From Epiperipatus broadwayi (taxonomy: Eukaryota; Animalia; Onychophora): 64,000 nt of DNA. Under the pieces are notes generated by a model. The model made no database searches. It saw only the letters and a program-made list of their open reading frames with translations, and was not told the origin of the DNA. The number at the start of each line of letters is the position of its first letter. Positions within the stretch are counted from its first letter, which is position 1. Positions 12,767-25,622 of the stretch are shown here, piece after piece. Where the stretch lies: contig JAQFVV010000003.1 in assembly GCA_028023455.1 (NCBI GenBank), positions 4,464,001 to 4,528,000 of the forward strand, written 5' to 3'. The position numbers and the translations under genes are program-made.

Positions 12767-13499
12767 TATATGACTAAAATAAGTCATTTACAAATTGTAA
12801 ACAAACTTTCATTTCCCACCTAGAAGAAAAGAAAGAAAAGCTTTAATGATTATTATTTTGTTAGCAGTTAATAGATAGTTAGGTGTAAAAGTTGTTTTAT
12901 GCTTTTATTTTTATTATTTTTATGTTCTTCAAGAATGTCTCACAAAGTATAATATGGAGAAATATTATGCTAGGTAATTAGTATTATTTTGTTATAACTT
13001 TTATTGTGTACTTATATTTTTACTTGTACATGTTAGTGATAGAAGTGTCCATTCGCTGTTAAAAGGGTGAACAGCTTGTTTTGAAAAGAGCTCGTTATAT
13101 AAAATTTTATTGTTTATCTTTGCATTTTTCAAGAAGTTATACATTTTATTTTATAATAATTAGTTCACTCTGAATTTAAAGATTTGTTGTTTATCCCAAA
13201 CCAAACTTTTATTTCCATTTTGTGCTAATGCAAAACGCACTAAATGAATTATTTTGTCTTTGCTTGCTAAAAGTTATTTTGTCTTGCTTATTTAATAATA
13301 ATTAGTATACTTCCAAGTCAAAAATATTATGCTTGTCAGAAATAAGATATTTATTCATTATTACCTTTACAATTTATTAATTAATATCATTACAGTATTT
13401 CTTACCAAAATGATTTGAAATTGTTTGTACGTTATTATGCTCATATATACGTGTCTGCTATTTAATCTAGCTATAATAATGTTTGAATTGAAAGTAAAA

Positions 13500-14350
13500 A
13501 TGATTTAATGCCTATCGGTTTTGGACAATGAAAATGTGCCCATAGAAGTTGAAAGATTGAAGATTTATTTAAGTGTGAATTTATTATTTCTTTATTATGC
13601 TTAGATTGAAATGTATTTAGTGGCTATGCAGAATGAAGTTATTTATGTTATGTAGTATATGGAATTGAGATAAGCTCTTCCTTTAATTTAGTATATTGTA
13701 TGGGATTGAGAAAACTCTCCCCTACCTTGTTGAAGTATTTGTTAGGAATAGATTTTATCCTCCAGATTTCATAGTTGTATTTTATGAATTATAGTATGAG
13801 AAGCCAAGTAGTATATTTCCCTTATTTTGGTGATGAGACTGTGTCCATGCCAGTTCATTTTAAGTCTCAGAAGTTAGACTTGGGAGCTATTGCGTATTGT
13901 TATTTAAATGATTATAGTTATGAAAGTCTTTTCCCCCATGTGCCTTATGGAATGTTTTTCATCTTTTATTCATAGCCAAGTGTGAGATCATTTTCTGATA
14001 AAAGGAAAATAAAAGTAGAATTGATTTTTCTCACAGAACAGCTGAAGTAGAATTGCCATCATTCGTATTATGATATTTCGCCCAAATTCATAAGTAAACC
14101 GATGGGATTGAGTTATATTAATTATTTTATAACAGATAGTATAATTCAGACACATGCATAAATTATTAATTTAGAAGGTATGGAAAATTCATTATTAATG
14201 TGTAACTCTTTTATTATTGTTTCAAATCATTTTAACTTAATTATTTAGATTTCATACCATCGACTCTCATAATGTTCCCTCCTCATTTGAATGAGCAAGC
14301 AAGAGAAGACAAAGTATAGCTAATTAATAGAATTATTCATTCAATTTGTA
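13500..14350 (-). mobile_element. Decayed non-LTR retrotransposon RT fragment
   Basis: RVDGM (GxDGI-like) near 14270 followed about 55 codons later by NPIGLLMNLGEIS (RPISLLxxLGKI-like) near 14100. Confidence 0.4.
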
Positions 14351-15719
14351 AAGTATATTTTGACAACTTAATCTTATTTTTTACTCTTGTTCTTACTTTT
14401 ACTTCTATATTTAAACCCCACTCATTTTATTTGCTGTGCATTTGAAGTAAAATGCCAGGAATTTTTATTTTCATCTTAAAATTGAGTTTAAGTGTTTAAC
14501 AGTGTTTTATTTTTCATAAGCATATCAGAAGAGAGTGATAGCTTGAGTGTATTGAAAATATAATATCAAATATGAAGTAATTTTGTATTTAATCATCTTA
14601 GTGTAGTATTATAATGTTTCTGTGTTATGTGTTTGTCAGAATTGACTGATGGCTTAAGCCAATTTTGCAAGTAAAATAAAAAGAAGTTAGGTTTGCATTT
14701 TTATTTTAGTACTGGAATTATATGTTTCTTCCATAAGTCTATCAGAATGCACTGATAGCAGGCATATGTTAAAATAAATTATGGAAAGTTATCTTTATGT
14801 TATTTGCTCGTATGTAGACCGTTTAACCACTGATGTTAGAAACATCTAAAACATGTATGTGTGTAAATTATAAAACCAAATATTTGTTAAAATATTTTGT
14901 AAATAAATGTTTTATTTATTTAAAGTTGTATTCAGAATTGATGTTGCTTTCCTAGATCCAGACACTGTATGAAATGTTTGATTATCCAATGATTCTCTGA
15001 AAATTTTATCATTTAGTTATTATTTAGATGATGAATTGAAATCAAAATGCACCCTACTTCTTTCATTATCTAACTACCATTATTTTGTTAGGATATTGCT
15101 TAATTTGTATCATTACTTTTATAATAATGATTAGTAGTTGTTGAGAAAGATAGATTTAAAATTAAGCCATGCAATAAATTAATTCCCTGAGATATTCACT
15201 TATTATTTAGATTAGACATTAAGTCAGTTACTTAATTTAAATTAGTGTATAAGTAAAAGTTAAGTAATGTTATGCTTTATTCCATATTTAGTTCCAACTT
15301 ACTATACAGTATAGTTAATCAACCTTACATTTATTTTATTAATTTAATTTTCTCACATAGTAGAGGTTGTTCAATGCATGTGGATGATGGGAGGAGGTGA
15401 TGTAGAGATTACAACTAGTCAATTTAAATGGTAGAACTTTACAATTTTAATTCTTTATTTGTTTTAGAACTTAATAGATGTTTTGTTCCTATTAATAATA
15501 ATGTTTCCTCCCACATATAATATACATTTTATACCTTATAGACTTCTGTAGCCCCCAACTGAGCTAAGCTAAGGTAGAACATCATTTAAGAGCCTCATTA
15601 ATAATTTTAAGGCAAATTCAGACTAGTAGTTTATTCTATGATCAATAGAATTGGCGCCTCTGGGTATTTGTTAAGAAAAGTAGGAGAGGTGTTGGGAGAG
15701 GGTTACAATATATATATAT

Positions 15720-16072
15720 ATGTCAACAGATGGCATTCTACCAAAAACACCATCAAGCGTTTGTTTACATAAACGTCAGATCATGCATTCACTATCTCTA
15801 ACTTTAATTCCACTTTCAGATCATGATTTTAAGCTATTTGCTATCATCAGTGAAAGACAGGAATTTTAGAAACTAGATCTAAACACAAACTCTTAGCATT
15901 TATGAAACAGCTTGCAAGCGTGAATCTTTTAGACACGTAAGGTCTTCAAACTCAGCATAGCAAGCCAGATAGCTACATGGGTCTGATCTCAGTTCAGCAT
16001 CAGCACATAGTAGAAGCCTCTGCAATATATATCATTGCTAGAAAGACCTCAAAGGTACATTTATGAAAAACA
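15720..16072 (-). ncRNA. Diverged monomer of the HHR-bearing ~420-bp repeat (retrozyme-like)
   Basis: Colinear with the 20.7-22.35 kb unit, flanked by (TA)n on both sides. HHR at 15813-15856: CTTTCA-CTGATGA-TAGC(aaata)GCTT-AAAA-TCATGA-TC-TGAAAG. Confidence 0.8.
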
Positions 16073-16249
16073 TATATATATATACACACACATAAATGAT
16101 TTTCTCAAAAATCAGATCAAAAATTCTTATTAGCTACCCAACACTTATACTTTGTGAGTGGAAATTCAAACTTGTTGTTTGAACAGAAAGATCTGTAGCC
16201 ATTAAAGTAAAAACCTTAAATGAGAATATCTCACTAAATACAGATAGAA

Positions 16250-16760
16250 GTTAGAATAAAAATGTATGAATTTAAACCCATCAAACTAAGGAATTTTAAA
16301 TTATAAATCCCAGAAATAGGTTTAATTTATTTGATACTTCAAGGATATCTTCAATCTTGAGTTGGAGAGTTAGATCAACTTTAACTTGAGATTCCCAATA
16401 GCCAATACCTTGCTATTCAACAAAATCATGAACTTTAATCAACTACATATATAGAAACACAGACACTCATGTGCTGCTAATGTGAAGTAAACTCATGGCA
16501 AGAGATTTGTCACCCATGGAGTTGTAATTACCAAAACCAAATTCAACTCAAAACAGTAGGTGTTTATTTATGTTGAAAGCACTACCAACTTTACTATTTG
16601 GATGTGAAGCTGTAAACATAACATCTCAAGGCATGTGGTATTGAAAAGAGGAGTTCATATTACCATCATTTACATTCTAGAATATTTGAATCCCTCCAAT
16701 TGGATCATAAACTGTAGCAATAAGGACATATATAATCCTTTTAGGACATTTTTATCTATG
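16250..16760 (+). mobile_element. RTE-like LINE, post-RT fragment (decayed)
   Basis: LKALPTLLFGCEA matches the RTE-type VLPxLLYGCExW motif; QYLA (YLG-like) lies upstream. Confidence 0.5.
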
Positions 16761-17539
16761 GACTCTTGATTTATCTTAGATTGACATCATGTTTTTATTT
16801 TATGAATCCATATTTTTTTAATTTCTTTTCTTAATCATAGGTTCAGGGAAGGGGGTATAAATCCTTGATATGTTAGAAAGGGGGAAACATTTTAGCCTTA
16901 TTTTAAATTGGAATAACATACAGATCAGGCATGAACTTGCTTGCAAATAAATTTGATAACCACTAGAATTAGAGGTAAAATTTTATATTCTTACACATTA
17001 AATACATTTATACAGGTACACTTGTTGACCCTGATCATTTCATCATTTATTTGGTCTTATTTTCAGTATATATGATTAATAATTTCTAGTGTGAATTCCT
17101 TTCCTATCATTGTAGAAACAAATCACTATAGGAAAAGAAAGGATACCACCACCACATTATTAATATGAATTAATCAATAAATATGTCAGAGAAAATGAAT
17201 TACGATTTTAGTAAAATCTAAATTGGCAGGCATATATATAAATAATAACAAGTTTTAATTTTTTTTTGCTAGTATTGATATTGAATTGTTATTCTTTGAG
17301 AGGAAAAGAGAAATTGGATTAATAAGTATTAGCCATACTAATCAAAGAATAGTCATAGATATTCCAGCAGATTAATTGCTTTTGTTACAAACTCTCGATG
17401 CATAAATTATAGTAATTGAAAATAAATTTGTTAAATATATGATTTCAAATTAAAGATTGTCATTTGCATTTTTATTTATTCATCTATCAATTTATCACAT
17501 GCTCACACAATAAAGATAGTAGTATTAATATCCCCTGAA

Positions 17540-20240
17540 GTAGAATATTATGCATATTTTCCCTAAGCTTGAATTCGGAGATAAATGGAAGTTAAGGGTA
17601 GAGAAAAGAGATGAGTAAATATGCAGATATTTTATGTATGTTCAAATGCTAATACATCATCTCCTAGGAGGGATCGGGTAGACATGGGTCTAGAAGTTAA
17701 GAATCATAGATACGCTTTTTCATCCACTCTAATGGCCTATAAAGTTTACTATTATGCAAGGCCAGGACCTATTCCATTACATATGGCGCCCATCATAGGA
17801 CCATGAATCTTATATTGATGTTATGATTCGACAATCTCAATGATAAGAATAGTAAAATCTAAACAACTTTGGTTACAATTTTTTTCAATGTGATAAATTG
17901 AACTTGAGTAATGAAAAACTATTAACAATTAAAATCATGTAAAATAGTAAGTAGTCACTTGCTTAAAAGAATTAAATTGTATGATATAAAAGTATTAAAA
18001 ATGAAAAGTTAAGTGATCTTAGTTAAAACACAATTTTTTTTAAATATAGTAAAATATAGGGACGATAGATCTTCCCATAATGTTTCATAATATAATTTAA
18101 TATATATAAAGGTTAATAGCTGAAGTAAAAGTTATCAAAATATTTAAAAAAAAGAGAAGAGTAATATATAAATTCAAGAATAAGATAGATGATCACTAGG
18201 AGCAAAATAACTATTCAGTCTGAAACTATTAATGAAGGAGAAAATAAAGATAAAGTACAAGGTGATATGGAAGTAGTTGAGATAGAAATACTTCTAGAAA
18301 ATCTAGATGAAGAACAAAACATTGACATATTTGGGAAAACTATAACAGAAAATGTTCAACCACCTGAGACAGTTATGATTCCAGAAAAACAAAGAAAAGA
18401 GAAAGCAAACACAAATGATGTTGTGCTTAACCAACTGGTAATGATAATGCAGCAAATGTTTGAAAATCTGCAGCAGCAAATCTTCACAAATCTGTAGCAA
18501 TATGTGTTAGAAAATCAGCAGCAAATGTTCACAAATCTTATGATGATTCATCAGAAAAGATGGGCAATATAAAAACTGAATTAAAAGCAGATGAAGTAAA
18601 TGGTTTACCTAAAAAGATGGAAAGTATGTGGACATAACTCAATTACAGACTCATGTCAATAGTAAATTGCTACAATTAGAGAATGTTATAGATGAAAAAG
18701 ACCAGGTATGAACAAAGATTTGATGAAGTTGCAAAGAAAATTGAAAGCAAACTAGATACCAAGTTCATAGAAATGAAACAAATCTATGATAAGTCTAAAC
18801 TTAAAATGAAACTAAATTAAAAAGAATCTAAAGATTATCATAGTACAGAAGATGAGCCTATAAAAACTAAAATAAAGTCAGATATTTTTAAAGAGTTATG
18901 GTAGATCTCAAGATAGAAGTACCAATGACAGACAAATGTGATTGATATCTTAGAACCTATCACAGTAGTGATATTTATATTAGGAGTAAGTATGAAATGT
19001 TTCTTAGGAATATTTCCCCTCAATTACTTGATGGCTACAAAAATGGAATACTTCCATGTCATGCTAATCCTAGAGAGAAAAATTATCATTCTTATAATAA
19101 AGCTTGGGAAACTCTAAATGAAGTGATCATGTTCGATTAACTTAAGAGTGATTTAAGATATTCCAAATCTCTATAATGAAAGAGACTATTGGACTAAAAA
19201 GCTTAGTCGATAGACAGTATTTAAAATTAAAATGAGTAAGATGAAAAAGTTTGATCTATCATTTTGTATTAGTAATGATGATAAAGGCAATGATAAAAAC
19301 AAAAAAAGCAGGTCTTATAATAGAAGAGTATACCCTACCAATTGTAATATCCCAATGACTACTAAATATGACATAATCATTGCCATAAGCATAAGATGAA
19401 GGTAAAAATTGCAAATAAAGTGAAGAGGAAAGTCATTTTATTTGGTATAAAGACACAATATTTATATGCAAACCAAAAATTGAGAGTGCTATTTACTCTA
19501 TGGGCATTTATTTTGTTTTATTAAAGAATTTATTCCACAAATATCTTATTAAACTCAAAGGATAATGGGTAGTAATAAATATAACTTCCCAAAAGTCCAT
19601 TGTATGAGTTATTTGGATACAGAGGAGATTCTTTGAAGTATCAATTTAGGATATAAACATATATTGATTAAATTTATTGCATTTTAAATATGTTAAGTTT
19701 ATAGTCATGCTCATAATGTCAGGAAGGTCAAAGTATACTGTAATTGATAAGTAAACAGTCAAGATATTCCAGCTTATATTTTAGGAAAAGAAAATGACAA
19801 GGCTATTCATAAAAGAAAAAGAACCGAACATACCCCAATTCTACTTCAAAAACCCTTGCTTAGGCTTGTAGAATCACCCTTTGGTCAAGAAAAAGTCCAA
19901 ATGGACACATATCAAATAATAATAAAAATGAGCCCAAAAGAGAAAATTTTAAAAGAAACCAAATTACCAATTCAAATTTGGAGATACAGCATTAATCAAA
20001 ACCCCACATGTTAATAATCCAAAAGAATTTATGTTCCATAAACTCTGTAACACATAAGAGGTCCTATTTACCTTCATTAAATGTCAAGTCCAAATGCATA
20101 CTGATTAGAAATGGAAATGGAATAAGAGAGACTTATAATGCAAAAGTGTTGAAGCCCTATCATGAAAAAAATGAAATAATTTTATTTTTTCCATTTTAAT
20201 TCAAGAAAAAATAAAAATAAAATCTATTTAGACATACAGG
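17540..20240 (+). mobile_element. Decayed Ty3/gypsy LTR retrotransposon (LTR end, PBS, gag, integrase tail)
   Basis: ...TTACA (17781) followed by TGGCGCCCATCATAGGAC. A gag-like frame starts MITRSK at 18189, and the integrase C-terminus reads RGP...RETYNAKVLKPYH near 20060-20165. The 5' boundary is approximate. Confidence 0.7.
17784..17801 (+). promoter_or_regulatory. Primer-binding site, tRNA-Lys type
   Basis: TGGCGCCC core two bases after a CA LTR end. The remainder resembles AACGTGGGGC with G-to-A changes. Confidence 0.65.
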
Positions 20241-20389
20241 GTAGATAACAATCTTAATGAGGAATATTAACAACTATATTAAGATAGAGAATGATAAAAA
20301 GGAATGATGCACATAATACAACTTTAAAATTAGATTTTAAAAATAAGTTATAAAATTATTTCTAAATAAAATAATGAATGATACTATTA

Positions 20390-20655
20390 TAACCATGGAC
20401 TTATTACTCCAATGAGTTGCTCCATTTAGAATATAATGACAACTCTCCCATTTAACTGTTGCCAAAATAAAGTCCGCTAAGTCTCATATAAAAGAAGCAG
20501 AACAGGTACTTTTAAACACATATATATTTTAACCAATGCATAAGTTATCCAAAGTGAAACTTATATTTATAATCAGATCTTCAATTATTAAAAGGATTAT
20601 TATCTCATTATAATACGGAGAAATATAATCGTAGACAACTCCTATCTTGTACTAT

Positions 20656-20657
<2 letters not shown>
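20390..20657. repeat. LTR-like repeat; diverged homologue at about 22690-22937
   Basis: Shared blocks CCCATTTAA...ATAAAGTCC..TAAGTCTCATATAAAA...ATAAG.TATCCAAAG. The LTR assignment is inferred from position after the integrase. Confidence 0.4.
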
Positions 20658-20683
<26 letters not shown>

Positions 20684-20686
<3 letters not shown>

Positions 20687-22352
20687 GATAAACAAAAACA
20701 AGTTAAAAATTTTTTAACTTGCCTATAGCTTGCATTTTATGATCACAGATGGAGCTCTACCAATAGCCTACTCAAGCTTGTTTATAAAAAATGCTGAGAG
20801 AGAATCGAAAATCCAATATCTCCAACCTTTAAACCATGGTTTCGAGCTAATTGGATTTCATCAGTAAAGGGTAGGAGAAATAGAAACTAGATCTAAATCT
20901 CAACTCTACTGAACAGCACTTAAGCAAACTGTTCCTATAAGTTTGAAAGCACGAATTTTTCAGATACGTAAATATCTTAAAATCCAGCTAAGCAAACTAT
21001 ATAGCTATATGGGTCTGATATCAGTTCAGATTCACCACATGGTTAAAAGGTTCTGCAATCTATATCATTGCTAAAATCTTCAAAGGTACATTTATGATAA
21101 ACAAAAACAAGTTAAAAATTTTTTAACTTGCCTATAGCTTGCATTTTATGATCACAAATGGAGCTCTATCATAAAATGCAAGCTATAGGCAAGTTAAAAA
21201 ACTTTTAACTTGGTTTTTGTTTATCATAAATGTGCCTTTGAAGGTTTTAGCAATGATATAGATTGCAGAACCTTTTAACTATGTGGTGAATCTGAACTGA
21301 TATCAGATATAGCTATATAGTTTGCTTAGCTGGATTTTAAGATATTTACATATCTGAAAAATTCGTGCTTTCAAACTTATAGGAACAGTTTGCTTAAGTG
21401 CTGTTCAGTAGCGTTAAGATTTAGATCTAGTTTCTATTTCTCCTACCCTTTACTTATGAAAGCCAATTAGCTTGAAACCATGGTTTAAAGGTTGGAGACA
21501 ATTTGAAAGAGATATTGGATTTTCGATTCTCTCTCAGCATTTTTTATAAACAAGCTTGAGTAGGCTATTGGTAGAGCTCCATCTGTGATCATAAAATGCA
21601 AGCTATAGGCAAATTAAAAAAATTTTAACTTGTTTTTGTTTATCATAAATGTACCTTTGAAGGTTTTAGCAATGATATAGATTGCAAAACCTTTTAACTA
21701 TGTGGTGAATCTGAACTGATAATAGTTTGCTTAGCTGGATTTTAAGATATTTACGTATCTGAAAAATTCGTGCTTTCAAACTTATAGGAACAGTTTGCTT
21801 AAGTGCTGTTCAGTAGAGTTGAGATTTAGATCTAGTTTCTATTTCTCCTACGCTTTACTGACGAAAGCCAATTAGCTTGAAACCATGGTTTAAAGGTTGG
21901 AGACAATTTGAAAGAGATATTGCATTTTCGATTCTCTCTCAGCATTTTTTATAAACAAGTTTGAGTAGGCTATTGGTAGAGCTCCATCTGTGATCATAAA
22001 ATGCAAGCTATAGGCAAGTTAAAAATTTTTTAACTTGTTTTTGTTTATCATAAATGTACCTTTGAAGGTTTTAGCAATGATATAGATTGCAGAACCTTTT
22101 AACTATGTGGTGAATCTGAACTGATATCAGAACCATATAGCTATATAGTTTTGCTTAAGTGCTGTTCAGTAGAGTTGAGATTTAGATCTAGTTTCTATTT
22201 CTCCTACCCTTCACTGATGAAAGCCAATTATCTTGAAACCATGGTTTAAAGGTTGGAGACAATTTGAAAGAGATATTGGATTTTTGATTTTCTCTCAGAA
22301 TTTCTTGTAAACAAGCTTGAGTGGGCTATTGGTAGAGCTCCACTGTGATCAT
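20684..22352. ncRNA. Tandem plus inverted array of a ~420-bp hammerhead-containing non-coding unit (non-LTR retrozyme-like)
   Basis: Left arm 20684-21167 holds about 1.2 units (HHR on minus, 20826-20870). Right arm 21168-22352 holds three units of 420, 405 and about 355 bp (HHRs on plus at 21447-21491, 21853-21895, 22208-22252). Both ends abut (TA)n. No ORF. Confidence 0.9.
21853..21895 (+). ncRNA. Type I minimal hammerhead ribozyme, intact core
   Basis: CTTTA-CTGACGA-AAGC(caatta)GCTT-GAAA-CCATGG-TT-TAAAG: 5-bp stem I, canonical CUGANGA and GAAA, 4-bp stem II, palindromic stem III AAACCATGGTTT, GUU cleavage triplet. Confidence 0.88.
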
Positions 22353-23540
22353 ATATATATAAAAATCAGATTTTAATATATATATATTAAAATCAGATTT
22401 TGAAGGAGACTCATGAGAACATAGTCTAACTTAAATATTCAAGAAATCCTAATACTAAATGAATGGCCAGTTATAAATTATAATTCTAAACCAACATATC
22501 CTAGTAAAAAAAAAAACGAAAAAAAAAACATTTTTTTTAGGACTAACTATATTAAATTAAAAAGAAGAAAAAATAATAAACTTTAATTGATAATTTACTT
22601 GAAAAAATAAAAAAAATGGCAATAATTTAGGAAATTACTCCTAAGCATCAGGGGACTATACTATCACTATCTCAATTGAGGACTGACTAACCCACTGAGT
22701 TAACCCATTAAGAAAATAATGGACACTCACCCATTTAATTACAACCACAGATAAAGTCCATTAAGTCTCATATAAAAAGAGCAGGACCAGTACTTGTAAG
22801 CATACACATATACTTAATCAATGTATAAGCTATCCAAAGGAAAACATTTGCATTGTTAGTGAGATCATCAAACACTAGACGAGTGGCTTATCTCTTTATA
22901 ATATGAAGATAGATAATTGTAGGTATCTTGGAAACATCAAAATCACATTATGAAAAAAAAAATTGAAGGAAAACTTACATTAACTGAAGTACAACAATCT
23001 CTAATGATAAATAATAAACTATGTGAAAAGTCAAGATCTTAGATTATGCCATAAAAGATATAGGATAAAATTGAGGAATTAAAGATATTGTATTTATCTT
23101 TAACCCCTTTTTATTGGAGAGATATGTAAGACATGGTCTTACATTCCATCAAGAACCATTAAACACCCTTAGCTACTTCAACTCCAATACTCACAATAAC
23201 AACATTCCCTACATATAATAAAAAGTATGTTATATGTATAAAGAGAATGTAAACTAGATAAAATGTATTATCAAAAGATAAAAATATTCACATGCATTAT
23301 AACTGAGAAACATTTACTTGTTTCTATAATTAAATATTCAACAAACGTGATTAAATACATAACCCAAACTAAACTACAAAATTTAAATACTGATATTTAC
23401 CTTTATTACAAAACCTAAAGTTAATTATTGTTTAATATACACATTACAATAATACAATGAAAAGATTATCAAATTTAGATACAAGTGAAAAATCATAAAA
23501 CTGTAAAGAAAGAAAATAAATAATTTTTTATTGTTATTAA

Positions 23541-25341
23541 GGTTCTTGTTAAATAGCCACTGTACATTGCTTGATGGTGCTGTTTCTGTGCAAAAGCATA
23601 GCGATATAACATTCCCGGGCCTGTCAATTCTTAAACAATTTACATTATTTTTTTAATACAGCTTTTTTTCTTAAAAATGTACGTAATTCTTTTTTTTTTT
23701 TAAAAAAAAAAAAAAATTTTCTCTTAAAAATGTACATTATTCTGTTTTTTTTTTTTTGCATTTTTTTCAAAAAGTGCCTTTTATTTTCTTTTTATAAAAA
23801 AAAAGCGCTGTTTTTGAAATAATACGCTTTATTTTTCTTTATTAAAAAGTATATAATATATAAAAAGTACCTTATTCTTATGTTTGTTTTTTTTTACTTT
23901 TTTTAAAAAAGCCGTGTTTTTTTTGGTAATTATTTTTTTAATTATCTTACATGGCAGTTTTTTTTTTGTAATTAGATTACGTTTCTAAAAAAAAGCTACT
24001 TTTTTATTATTATTCTTTTTTAAAAAAAGGGGGGAGGGTATTTTCTTTTTAATAATATGCCTTTTTTGATAACAATAGTAAGTTAACTTATAATGTACAG
24101 ATAATGTGTTCCAAAAAGCATAATTTATTTTATAGTAATTAAGCAGAGGCGGCTTTCTTTCTTCTTTTTTTTAAAAAATAATACTACAACAAATGTACTC
24201 TAAAAAGTGGATGTTTTTTGTCCAGTAATTAATCAGACTTGGCCTTTTTGATTTTCCTGCTTTCACCTTTACTTTTGGTTTATCTTCTTGTTGCAGTAGT
24301 TACCCCCCAAAAAGGCCACTTGCTTTTTATTTACAATAAAGAATCAAAGACTAAGGGTTTTTTAGGCTGTCCTACTTTACTCCACCCCCTACCCTTCAAC
24401 ACTGGCAATCTGGTTATAATATTAAATTAAAGCTTTAAAGAAAAACAAAATGAACAACACCAAAACAAAAAAACTTGGAATTGATTGCCTTATAAATTCA
24501 TTACAATGACAAAACAGATTCATTGAAAAAATAAATTTATTGATGACATATGATTGTAATTAATAAGAAAACTTTTTTGGCTGAAAAGTGAAAAGTCTAA
24601 CATTTTGGAACAACATTTGACTACCTACAACAACTGAAAAAACAAACTAGCCAGAAATGACTTTGGAGACTAGTGAGCATACAAACTGCCAAGTCTGTGT
24701 ACTAAGTATCATAGCTTCACCACATCAACATTAATTGAGATGTCAGCATGTTCTGAGCTTGTAGAAAGCCAACTGCATCAGCTTCTGTGTTTGGGACATT
24801 CCACAGTTGAATCATTATGCTATTGCCTTCAGCTATTTTGTTTTTCTCATATGAGTCATGGCCAAAATGGGATTTTTTCACAAACAAATTGTGCAGTGGC
24901 AGAGCCGTTTTCAAATTTAAAACACTTCCACACTGCATCGGGAAGCATTGCTGATACACTGACAATTAGTAGTAGGTAATACTACATCAGTTGGGGTCTA
25001 GGAAAAACCATTTGGAACAACATTTCAACAGTTCTAAGACATTCCAGTACACACAAGCCTCAGATTAAATGGTAGCAAAGTGCCATTACTGACCATATGT
25101 ATAGATAAGCCATGCAAAGCTGTGTATATGCATAGAAAGTGGCACCATCACGCGCCCCAATTAAACGGCTATTATGATCATAGGGTTGTATTAGCCATAG
25201 GTTCAGTACACAGCAGAATTAAATGGCTCTTACTGATCAGTAGTGTCATAGTTTGGCTGCATTGAAACCACATCACATGGCCACTAAATAGCTACTATGA
25301 TCATAGGGTAAGCAATGTACAGTGGCTATTTAACAAGAACT
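23541..25341. mobile_element. Non-autonomous DNA transposon, 31-bp perfect TIR core, 8-9 bp TSD (Merlin- or Mutator-like)
   Basis: GTTCTTGTTAAATAGCCACTGTACATTGCTT at 23542-23572 and its exact reverse complement at 25310-25340. Flanked by (T)GTTATTAA on both sides; an empty-site version is present near 25528. Confidence 0.88.
24440..25060 (-). pseudogene. Decayed BED-zinc-finger (hAT-type transposase N-terminus) fragment inside the TIR element
   Basis: Frame reads MLPDAVWKCFKFENGSATAQFVCEK...ECPK with several stops, resembling the DxVWxxF...AxCxxC BED motif. Confidence 0.4.
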
Positions 25342-25440
25342 GTTATTAATCCATCATATATGTGTATATATAAATTGTAACACATGATGTAAATAATCAA
25401 TGTAACTCTCATTTCCCCCTAACATTCTAACAGATTTCTT

Positions 25441-25622
25441 TACAATAATACAATGAAAAGATTATCAAATTTAGATACAAGTGAGAGAATCATAAAACTG
25501 TAAAGGAAGAAAATAAATAAATTTTTATTGTTATTAATCCACCATGTATATATAAATTGTAACACATGATGTAAATAATAAACCTAACTCTTATTTTCCC
25601 CTAACATTCTAACAGATTTCTT
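25441..25622. repeat. Local ~180-bp direct duplication preserving the pre-insertion site
   Basis: Duplicates 23445-23540 joined to 25341-25440 without the TIR element. Confidence 0.85.

Noticed and set aside
20684-22352. CRISPR-like array interpretation of the tandem repeats
   Set aside because: The units are ~420-bp continuous duplications with no unique spacers, in a eukaryotic context with no cas genes.
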